A DNA stretch of 64,000 nucleotides from Haliotis cracherodii (lineage: Eukaryota). The DNA is taken from NCBI RefSeq assembly GCF_022045235.1, contig NW_027266343.1, forward strand, positions 44,640,001-44,704,000. The letters run 5' to 3'. A model generated the notes under the pieces. It ran no database searches, was not told where the DNA came from, and saw nothing but the letters and a program-made list of their open reading frames with translations. Of this stretch, positions 1 through 12,100 are shown in pieces. How positions within the stretch are numbered: position 1 is the first letter of the stretch; every line of letters starts with the position of its first letter. A program made the position numbers and the translations under genes.

Positions 1-83
1 GAGTATGATTACAATTAAGGTTAGTATTACTTAGCAGGATTATATCTTTCAGAAACATGAAGAGTATAAGAAAACGAGCCAAC

Positions 84-171
84 CTGTGCTTTTGTGGTCT
101 GTTTTCAGTTGTCGACCTCTCCTGCTTGAGGTCGGTTTGCCATAAAATGATCCACTCTGTTTTTCAAATAC
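84..171 (-). CDS. PARP14: copy A exon 16, linker (VFEKQ...)
   Basis: tctcag|GTA...CAG|gttggc; phase 0 to 1. Confidence 0.78.
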
Positions 172-3100
172 CTGAGAAATGAAATCATTGCAATGTTCTT
201 TACATGTGTGACTACATAGAATAGATCAATATTATTAGCCGTACATTATTAGCCTTTCGTTAACCATACGTGTATGGTAATTCTGTTGTTAGTTATTTGA
301 AAGTTCTTAGTCAAACTTTAAAAATATCAATGATTATTGCTATATTTTCTTGATTAGACTCCAAATCGTGGTACTGTCTCCTACCTTTGCCACATCATTG
401 TCTTTGTCATATATGACAATCTTGATATCAATAAGCGTGGTGTCAGGGTGGTTTCTCCAGAAGTCATCTATTGCTGTGAACATGATTCTGGCAGATACAT
501 CTTTATCATAGAAGAACAATCCTATTCCCAGTGTAGGGAATAATAGACTCGTGAGCCTGCTCTTGTCAGCTTCCTCCAGGCAGAGAGTAACAGCACGATG
601 TAGATTCTAGAGATACCACAGATACCAAGTACAAGTAACGAATTACATGCAACGTCACTGTCAACAATATCACTCCCTCCTTTCCTTTCAAGATAAACTT
701 TTATTTGTGACCAACGTCCACAAGTTCCAGACATTTTGAGTTTGCATTTTATGTTTCCAGAAAGCCCGCACTTCCATATATGCTTCCGATTTGTCACTAT
801 CACCTTCAGAAAAAATGCAAGCATCTAGCTAAATGAATAAGATGCTTCTAAATGCTCTTTCATTGAGCTGGTCAGTTTCTATTTGGGAATTCAACTGCGA
901 GTGCATATGTGACTAATGAAATAACCCATTCGTGAATTACAACTGCTCAGTTCTACACATAATACAGACAAGAGAAAAAGATTTGCGAATTCATCTAATG
1001 CTCGTCGTGATGTATCTATACTGCACTGCACTGTCTGGCTTTCAATTAATTTCTAATTAAACTATTGCATCCCAGTAAACTATATCACCGAGGCTGTTGT
1101 TTCTACTCCTCATTAGTGATTTTTAGTCTCTGGGTGTTAATGCAGAATCAGGTAGATAACAATTAATTATCATCTCATTAGCTCAACAATGATCACATTT
1201 ACTTGTCTTCTATTCCGAACATAATTAGTCTATTCTGAATTCGTTAAGCCCTTTTAATTTTTTTATAATTTCTTCCTTCAAATAAATGTTTGCAGTCAAT
1301 TTATAAAAAATGACTATTTAGTCAGCCTTCACGTGCTTTTACGTGAGCAGGAAAATGCACTTTTGGAAGAAATATAGCATGACTGTTCACATTTTAAATA
1401 TGACAGTAAACTTTCATTTAACTACCTCTTCCCCTCGATCTTTGTTCCACGGTGGTATGACAACATGGTAGATTTCAGACGCCTGTAGGAGACCAGCTGA
1501 TGTAACTGCCAAACTGTAAGTTCCATTTGGATATTTCTTTCGACATTCAGCTTCCAAAGCCGGACCAGCAGCATCCGATATAGCCTTAGATAGTCTGCCT
1601 CTTGAAAGATTGAGTTCTCGGTCAGTTGGATTCACAATAACGTCTGCCTGAGGGGAAAATTGCAAAATATACATTTATATGTGCTAGACATAGGTCATAT
1701 AAAATATAATCAACGTATTCAATCGTTTTAAATTATCCGAATGTGTGTACCTGTTTGGGATTTTTGTGTGTGTTTTTTTTTTTACCTTAAATCTGGTAAT
1801 TGATCCACGTGATAAGATCACCCTCCTTCCAGAATCTGAAACATGATTATTCCTTCTTTAGAAAATGGGTTCATTCTGTTATACATTGCAACCAGCATAT
1901 ATACATTACATTGGCCTGTTTGCACTTGGGTTTGGGACAGACAAGTAAGTGACTGACTCAGTTATCTGTGACAAATAATAAACAATGATAACCAAGGTAA
2001 CAATGTTATCATGCAATTGCCATCTTCGTCGGCTCTTCTCACAATCATTGGAAGGCATGAGACCACGTTCATGCGAGCTGATATTCAGTATCGACATATT
2101 TGGTACACATGTATGTATTTATGGAGACTACAACAACTTCAGTGGTGCTCATCGAACAGAGACAGAAGTACAACTCACCCGAAGTTCGATGTCCACCGGT
2201 TTTCATTTGCTGGGCTTGATCCTTAAACACCTGTGTTATCAATATCAGTGATTCTGATTAGAAACTTCAACACAGTCTGTGATGTCATGGTGGTTTTAGA
2301 TCTATAAATCCTCAAAGAAACCCAGGTCTGGTGTACATTTAGGCGATACCATTAATTCTTCTTTGAATCTAAATAAAATCAGCAACATGCCGGAGGTACA
2401 GCTCACCTTATTTGGTGTTCTTGAACCTGAGAAATGAAGATTTGCTGAACCAGCACTGGATTGTCTGGTCCAGACTCGATTATTTACAAACCGCCGTCAT
2501 ATAGCTGGAATATTGCTGAGTGCGGCGTTAAACAACAAACAATCAATAATAACTTGAAAGGTGTTTACAGCCCACATAAAACAAACTTACTCACTTGAAA
2601 GGTGTTTGCATTACATGCAAAACCATAAGCAAACACATTACATGTTTTTCTGAATGCCACCAGCCAAATAAACCTGTTTGACTTTACAAAATAAGGTAAC
2701 AGCCGTTCTTCATTCATTTTTTTTATCCCCAATGTTGTCTAATGTAGTCCCATACCTCTAGCTACCCCCAAAACATGTCATATGCACTTTTGGTTTTAGG
2801 ACATCACTCCCCAAACACAGTCATACACCTGTAGCTACCTTAATGACAAATAATGACATGAGCTGCGAGGCAATTTCAAATTATAATCAAAGTAGTGTTA
2901 TTGTAAGTACACACTTAACTGTGTTTATACAAATAAAACGATAAAACCATTTCCAATAACGATTGAATAACACCCCGATGGAAGTTACACTTGACGATGG
3001 CTCCAGAAGTACTGAGCCTCATATTGTGATGTCCAAATGGAGAGACAGTTACTCTGAACTGTAACGTCACCAGTGACTGCCCCACCCCACAAGAAATAGA

Positions 3101-6100
3101 GAAAGATGAACTACCGATGTGTGAGCCTATCTCTATTGAAGAAGTAAGGTATGTTGTAATCCACGCTAAGAAAGGCAAGGCATGTGGTGTGGACAGCACC
3201 TCGCGGAGGTTATATGTAATGACACGTGTATTAAATATCTTCACAAACTCTTCACAGTGTGTTTTAACTCTGGGTGTATCCCTGCCAGTTGGGGTAAAGG
3301 CATCATCAACCCTATTCCGAAGGTTTCTACTGAAGACCGAAGTGACCCACTCTCATACAGAGGTCTTACGATTACAACAGCTTCTTACAAGATTTATTGC
3401 AGCATTTTAAATAAACGTCTTTCAACATACGTTGAGGATCATGGTATACTAGAAGATAATCAGAATGGCTTCAGAAAAGGACGATCAACAACGGAGCATA
3501 TCTCTACTATTACTTCTATCATAGAAACACGGAAATCGCTTAAGAAGCCAACATATGCAGCCTTCCGAAAGGCGTATGACTGTGCTGATAGACGAAGATG
3601 TGGGCTAAACTGCTTGAAGTGCACATAAAAGGTAAAATGTTTAACTCTTTTACATCACTGGACAAGAACGTCCTGTCACACTCGGAAGATCTACACCATA
3701 GTTTGATGTAAAATGTGGACTAAAGCAGGGATGCATGTTATCACTGCTACTTTTCAACGTTTTCATAAACGACCTTATCGCTACCATAAACCAAACGTCC
3801 ATAGCAGTTGTTATCGATGAGATGACTGTTAGTAAACTTGCATACGCCGATGATATTGTGCTACTTGAGGAGTCGGAATCCGAGTTAAATCTACTATTCG
3901 ACTGCTTGAGTATATGGTGTCAGACCAACTCGATGGCTGTGAATACTGACAAGTCCAAAGTCGTACACTTCAGGAGTTCCTCAATTACGAAGTCTAATTG
4001 TATTTTCAAGTGAGGGGGTCAGATCTTCGAGATCGGCGATTGCTATAACTATCTGGGAATTCTCTTGACAGAACGTCTCGACTATAATCGTATGGCCAGA
4101 GCAGCAGCCAGTTCAGCCAGCAGATCCCTGGGTCTCCTCGTATCTAAATATAAAGGTCTTGGAGGTATGCAGTACAAGATTTTTACTAAGTTATTTGACT
4201 CCATGGTATGGTCAGTAATAGAGTACGGTGCGGGAATATGGGGGACGTACGACATGTCATGCATTGAAGCTGTTCAGAACAGGGCCATGCGATTTTTCCT
4301 CGGTGTAAGGAAACACACGCGCAACGCCGCTGTCGGTGCAGGCATGGGATGGACTCCCCCCGTCGTGTGGCAGTGGGACTCTGTATCACGCCTTTACATG
4401 AGATTACGCACCATGGATCTAGCACATCAAGTTCTCAATTGGACCTATCGGTGGGCGGCGCGACGTAAACGGAATCAACTTTTTAGAATACACCTGAAGT
4501 TTGATGCACTTGGACTATCTCATTTTAACAACATTAATTACACGTATGACAAATGTTACGTCACAAGGACGGTACAGGAATAGATATTTGAACAGTTCAC
4601 AGAAAATTGGATGAAGCTGATCAATCAAAAGAATAGCGTACATGGAACAGGTGGAAATAAGCTGAGAACCTACGTCACTTTTAAAGTCGAATACAGAATA
4701 TAGAGTCGAATCCTATGTGTTGGAAAGCGCCCTTTCAAGATTCCGGTGCGGAGTTGCGCCGCTTCACATAGAAACTGGACGTTACAACAGTACCCCTATT
4801 GAAGAAAGAACTTGTTATGTATGCAGAGATACAATTGAGGGAGAAAAACATGTTTTATTACAATGCCCACAGTACCAGTCTTACAGATGCCACCTCCTTT
4901 CAAAGTGCAATTCAATCTGCCCTGATTTTAACGATTTTCGTGATAACCAGAAGCTAGATTTATACTTTCCAGCCAAGAAATGATTTTTACATCTGCCAAA
5001 ACCTGCAACAGAATTTTATTAGAACGAACAGGGGCTTTATACAAATGATTTTTACGATTGGTTCTATCACGGTTTTTAGGATTTTGTATGTATTTATATG
5101 CCACACGCTTTTACCCAATAACTTTAGTCTCTCACAACTCTGCTTAGAGTGGCTCGTGCTACACCTTCATATTGTTATACCTAGTAAATATTTTAGTATT
5201 TGTTGCAAACGAGGTCTGTCTGTCCAATAGAAATCTCTGCATAGAGCAGAGTAGATAGCACGATTCCGACTATAACATGAACATGTGTGTTATGAATCAC
5301 TCTCAAAGTGATTCTATTTCCATTGCTATTAACAGAAAGTGTTTAAATGACATGACCTTGTCAAAGAAGTGCAGAAGAAAGTCGGAATCGTACAATTTCT
5401 TGTGGTTATGGACATGCTTTTGTCGCTTCTATCTAAGTGTTAATAAATGTATCACAATTATCATGAATTAAATGTTTGGACAATTAAATTGTACAGCAAA
5501 ACAAAGGAGACAGGGTTCGAGTTTCATAGAAGCTATATCACCCGATAATATAAGGACGTTTTCCTAAGCTGTGAAGAACCTTACGAAGTTACGGTAAAGG
5601 CTCTGGATGAGGAGATAAAAAATGAAAAAAATACACAAGAACAGATTGCCACAGGGAAAAGGTGAAATACATATTTTATTGCAACTTGGTGTCATTAATT
5701 TATTATTTGATGGTAGCCATGGGTTCCCAATAACAGAGATCGAGGAGAATGTTACTGGTCCAGCTGCTTAATAGTGGCATTATGAGAATGGAAACTGATG
5801 TTTACTCATTTTGCTGGATCTTTCACTTTACCGTTACCGTCAATGAAATAATAAGTTAGCATTACAATCATTAAGGCATGGTAAATAATTCCACTTTATA
5901 GCATTTCAAAGAAGATGACGACGTCATGATACATCATCGAAACTGATTCCAGAAACGTAACTTGTCTTTCTTCATTTGAAAGATTTCACTAACCATGTTA
6001 CACAATCCGATGTTCTAATATAAATTTTCCGCGACTTTTGCCTTTTTGAATTCTACTTAACGTTAACCTTTCACGGGAATCTACCAAAGCCTATTCAACT

Positions 6101-9100
6101 GGTGACAATGTGGGCACGTGTTATGTTTCAAATGAACATAACATCACAAAACTTCATTTCTTTATAAGCAGTTTGCAGGTTTATTTCCTTAATAGTAGTG
6201 AGTGAGTGAGTGAGTAAGGTTTTACGCCGCTTTTATCAATATTCCAGCAATATCACGACGGGGGACACCAGAAATGGGCTTCACACAATCGAACCCGGGT
6301 CTTTGGCGTGACGAGCGAACACTTTAACCACTAGGCTACCCAACCGCCCCTCATAAATAGTAGCCTCCATCTTTGTGATCAACTATTCATATGCAAGGTT
6401 TCCTTTACATACACAAGGTTGTTTAATGTATATTAACTCCTATTTCCATTAATATATTAAAAATGTCTTATTGGCGTCCTTCCTAAATAGTTGCTGCGGA
6501 GAAAAGGCTGGCGCAGAAGGCCTCTGACGTCTGTTGTAGACATTTTGAATTTTTCAAAGTGAAACGTCCACTGTGGTATATCCAAGGACACTTAGAACAT
6601 GTTATTAAAATTATAATATGTTCAGTAGATCATGAGAGGAGATTTTAAGTTTCAGTGTTAACGGAGAGGTGGAGAGAAGGACGGGCTGATAAAGACCCTT
6701 ACATAAGCTCGTATTGACGATGTCATTATCAGCTAAAAATATTCCTCTCGCTACTCAAGACAGCCGTAAAGTTTTCCAAATCTACCATGAGAGGGTACCG
6801 AGATTGATGCGCATGCAGCACACTTAAGATGGCGATATAACTGTAAAAGGCATGGAGAGTGACCTGTCAAGACATGAACCTGGTAATTACATACCGTACG
6901 CATACGGTAAAAAGAATTGATTTAACACCCTGGATTATATAATGAATATTTCATTGAAGACTTTTACATAATAGGTGAAACCTTGCCTGGTACAGGTATT
7001 AGTTTTGTTTTATTTTTTTTAACGCCACGCCAAGCAATATTTCAGCTGTATGACGACTGTCTGTAAATAATCGAATCTCGGCCTGATAATCCAGTCTTCC
7101 TTTACCATGAACATTGATATACGCAATTGACATTCATGAACCATTCATAAACCTGATCATTCGATCCCAGTAGTCGCATTTCGACAAGCATGAGTTGCTG
7201 ACGTTCTTCAACGGGGCACATGTGTCTGTAACGAAAAGATATAAAAAAAAGATGACGTGTAAAGAAATACACCAAACCTGTATGTTCTCCCTATCCCTGG
7301 GATAAAGGATGACTCTTATGTCTGTGAGGGATGTATTCGGGCACTGTGACCAGAAGTCGTGTATGGTTGATAACATAGCCTCGGCTACCAGATCTCGAGA
7401 ATATCCTCCAATCCCTGTACCAAGTGCTGGCATTGCGATGCTGGAACAGTTGTGTCTGTCAGCAGTTGTTAAGCATTCCTTAACTATGTCTGCCACAGCC
7501 TGCAAAAGAGATTTCTATTTCAATTGAAACCCACATGTAGAAAGTGATATTGGGGCAGATATTTTCGACGAGCACATTTATATAATATATATCAACAGAA
7601 TGAACACGAAGGTCATGAAAACTGTTCATAATGCCGCCTGCCATATTGTCTTTTGGCAAAAAAAATTCGAGCATAAGCAACTTCGAATACATCTATTTCA
7701 AGGATACAAAACAACAGTAGGTGCGCAATTAGAGAAAAATATGGTAAAATATTTTATGCATCCCCAACAGTTCTGAAATGGTGCTTTCTTTTGCTCACTG
7801 GAGGTACCTTTTTCTGTACCTGAGTTTTATGGGAGTACTCAACAGTCGTTGATAGCCCATACCCGAGTATTTACCAATACAGTAATACAGTTAGGGCTTA
7901 TGGGTATATGGATTATATATCTACATGCTTCTCTGACAAGGCACATGACATCAAGGTCAAACTTTCACAATTATTTTATTTTGAGACACATTTGGGTATG
8001 TCAGGTGCCAGTGGCATTTTATTTCATTCAATCGGATATTGACAGTTGCCACTGTGATCTGTCCACAAGATAATCCATATGTATCAGCATATATTGACAA
8101 TTTCTTCGACATTTTGTGACTTACATCATGAACCATTCTAACGTCGCCTAATCTGATGACAGATGCCAATACCAATATTTATCTAAAGTTATCTGTTATC
8201 CCCATTGTTGTCTAATGCAGTGCAACTTCTATTCAAATTCACTTTTATTACAACACTTTAGGAAAACACGTCCCCAATGGAGCACACGGACATCTTATCT
8301 GTAGCTACCTTTACAACAAAGCTATCAGCACTACGGCGTTGATGACGTCACACCCGGATAAAGTAAATATTAGCGGCAAAACACTTTCCAAGTTCTAATG
8401 ACCCGTGAAGATTCCGGGGTAGAATAGGTCTTCAGCAACCCATACTTGCCGTAAAAGGTGACTATGCTTGTCGTAAAAGGCGACTAACGGGATTGGGTGG
8501 TCAGGCTCGCTGACTTGATGCATGTCATCGATCCCAATTGCGTGGATCGATGCTCATGATATTAATCACTGGATTGTCTGGTCCAGACTCGATTATTTAC
8601 AGACCGCCGTCATATAGCTGGAATATTGCTGAGTGCGGCGTTAAACAACAAATCAACCAACCAACCAACCAACCAAATTCTAATGAGAAATATCTGCTAA
8701 AAGTCCATTCCATGGAGTCCATTCCATGATTCCGACTATGTCATAATCATGTGCTTATGAATCACTATGATATAGTGATACCAGGTGTGCGGAAAGGTGG
8801 GCGTATTCTGCCCCACCTGTTGCACCCGTCACAAACACATGCAAAGACAAATCAAGTGTTCACCTAAACAAAAACTGAAACAAATGGTACAAGTCAAAAC
8901 AGGGGATTGTATCGGACATAATTTTGGTCACCGATGCGTCATATTTAGAAATTTCCTCAATATGTCCACTATAAACCTTTACTAAAGTTTTACTTAGGCC
9001 TTGAATATTTGCAATCCTGATTTAACAGCTTACAAGCACCAATCGTATAATGCTCTTTGGCATCATCATGATTGATTGTACCTCAAAAGTTGTGAAATGT

Positions 9101-12100
9101 TGACTCCAAAGGCTGGAACTCCTGGAATATTTCTCGACATAAAAGGAAATTTGAAGTCATCCCTCATGTCATACAGTCCTGTTTATAGTTTGTTGTCACA
9201 GATAATTTTGCAAAATATTCAATATAATATAAAAAGTCACAGCACCTCTCCAATGTAGCACTACTTTGAAATATCCATGCTTCTAGTTTGTAACAAACTA
9301 TTAAACACTTCTGGTTTAATGACCTTGACCTTTCATCGCAGCCTCAATGATAATTTGTTAAAGACATTCGACACGGATTTGACACATGACTTTTATATAA
9401 AAAGAAGTGCGTGTGTGTTATTAATCACTGAAAGATGTTTTCCATTATATTGAAGTAAGATCCGGTTTACCTTTTAAAGTGACTTTCAGATGACTTTGAC
9501 CTTCATTAAAGGTCGTGCAGAATCCTTATCCTTGAGGTCATGTGTATAAACTTCCATTTCTATTCCGATTATGAATACCCAAATTCTTGTGTGTACTGGG
9601 AACTCGCAATCGCAAAATCATTGCTTGTAAACTAAGGTGGTGTAATCAAATGTTTTTCATACCAGACTGACATTGCTTTCTGAATGAAACTAGTTATTTC
9701 TTGAGTGAATTACTTTCACGGTGACCTTGACATTTCTCACAACCATGATATATGGCATATATTGAGTAGTTTAGAGTCAATCATAAGAGAATGGAAAATA
9801 CTTTTATTTTTCATGAACTAATCTGACATTTCCTGATTTTTGTGACACGTTTCATAAAATGACCACACGCGAAAAGCGAGCCTTTTTGCGTCGCCTAATA
9901 GGTTGCCTGAATGTTAAAGCGATAGAACATATAAATATAGAACGTTAACATCAGAGAAATTCCCGTAGGTGTAAAAAGCAAAGTTATCACTAAAAATCCT
10001 GCTCTTGCGATCATACACCTGTATACTAAGTTTGGTCAAACTTCGATCATGCCTTTTTCAAAGTACACACTTTCACACATCAACACGAATGTCAGTCATT
10101 GTAACGGAGAGATATCCATCACATTAACATTTTTCAAGTACATCTTTACCTTTTTTATAGTTGTATTTTGTGTGTGTTCACGAAAATGACTTTGCTGGGA
10201 TGTGGATGTCTTCAAATAAACATGATACACCTTTTTGCACTTCAGTTTGAAACCAGGTGTGACAACAATTGAACCAGGGTCAATGCCTTGTGGGTATGTT
10301 CTGCAGGCAGACAGTAACTCTGGACCAGCGACTTCAAGGATGGCTGTCGAAACTGGCCCTGCATTTTGTAAATTCAATTCCTTGTTCGTTGTGTTGACGA
10401 TAACATCGACCTGCAAAAACACGAATTACATGTATATGTTCTCGTGTGTATAGGTGTTTACAAATGTTTACAGAATATTTACAAAAGTGAATTTGAATTC
10501 TTCCCAGACCTATCACAATATACATAAAGAATATGGATAGTAGCATGCTCATTATTTGTCTTGTCGAGTCATTCCTGCTCACACAGTATTAATAGCAGCA
10601 TACAAGATGTGTAGTGTATACACTGATACTGTAAACCACAGCCTGATGAATTTGGTTCCGAAAATGTTTTTCTTATCTACATAACAGGGAATTAGCACAC
10701 CTGTCACAAATAACTTGAAATTGTACCATATCAGTAAACATTACCAATTTCGAATGTGCGATTTTTATTTGTTATCAAAATACATATTTGAAGCCCTACT
10801 AAAACACAATATACATTGGCACCTCTATATTAACAGAAACATTCAACGAAATTATACATCATCGTTTGTCAACATCTTTCATAAAGTTTGGCATGATACA
10901 CATGAGTGCTAAGATGTGACAGGTGAATAAAGGTTTCATGATGTTTATACCTTTTGTTCAGCAATGCTTCCGTTAACCAGCTTTACTTTATACCCACACT
11001 TCACATCTGATAGAGCTACAAGGAATAAATAGAAACTGCATGAAATATATGAACGTGGTATAACTATTAAAACATGGGACTTCGTTATTGCCTTGGGTCC
11101 ATGATGCAAAACATTTGTACCACTAATACTGTAGTACATACACTTTTGTCTTGCCATGTAATCAAACCAGAGAAAAAATAGGCCTCGGATAATGATGCCA
11201 TTCACTATTTCAACTTTGTTATGTATTATCATATGCAATTGGTTATTATTTTTCAAGTTGACATACCAGAATCTCTTCTCTGTGTTCTTGGGGATGATTG
11301 TTGCATCTGAGCACCTGTCCCGCCTTGTAAACGTGGTTGTATGTGAACATATGATGCCCCTAAGACGTCTTGCAGCGATTTTACAAAGCTGTCCACAGTT
11401 TTGCCTTTCACTGTACAGAAATAAACGTCCTTGATTGTACTGGATTTATGTTTCACAAAGTAGTCTCTTACTGAAGTGGTTATAACCTTTGTAGCAGCAT
11501 CTTTTGGATATCCAAAGATTCCAGCACTCAAAGCAGGTATTGCAATAGAGCTCCCCTGTCTATTGTCTGTAAGCTCAAGACTCCGGGTGACAGCTTCTTT
11601 CAATTTTTCCTTTTCTCTCTTCTTTCCTCCTTCCCATCTTGGACCCACTGCATGCACAATGAAATCACAGCTACCTTTCAGTCTTCCTGGCTTCGACAAC
11701 ACAGCATCTCCATCCAGAACTGCACCATACGAATTCACGTGTCTGTTACACTCATCTTGCACGTCTTTTCCAGCTGAAATATGTTCAAAAAATTATTTTC
11801 TTCTCTACCAGTTAGGGATACTGATGGTAAATCGCACTTGGCATATCAGAACGTTTGTATAACACTTCCTTAACTGTAAGCACAATCCGTGTTTAAATGT
11901 GGAAACATTTTGTATATATATTCAACATATATTTATTACTTTAAAAAAAAAAGCTATTACCTTTGTCAACGATCAATTTGGCAAGACCTCCACAGTGATC
12001 TAATCTCTTATTAGCAGCATTGACAATGGCACTGACTTTCATGGTCGTAATGTCTCCTTCTCTTACATAGATCTTCCTTCCACCTGCTATGTTTGAGACA

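Noticed and set aside
607-824. ORF 522-824 (and 40637-40849) as an extra exon
   Set aside because: It overlaps exon 15 in the wrong frame, shows no domain motif, and its 5' part is not conserved as coding in B.
1906-2097. 63-aa ORF conserved at 42041-42232
   Set aside because: It lies in intron 12; exons 12 and 13 already join in phase, and its identity is no higher than that of flanking intron.
3182-4983. RT next to macro/PARP domains as a retron-like or domesticated defence module
   Set aside because: It is a frameshifted, 5'-truncated LINE, antisense in an intron and absent from the paralogue.
6480-6600. FEKFKMSTT... stretch as a relic VFxK linker exon
   Set aside because: No convincing splice sites, and the similarity is too short to distinguish from chance.
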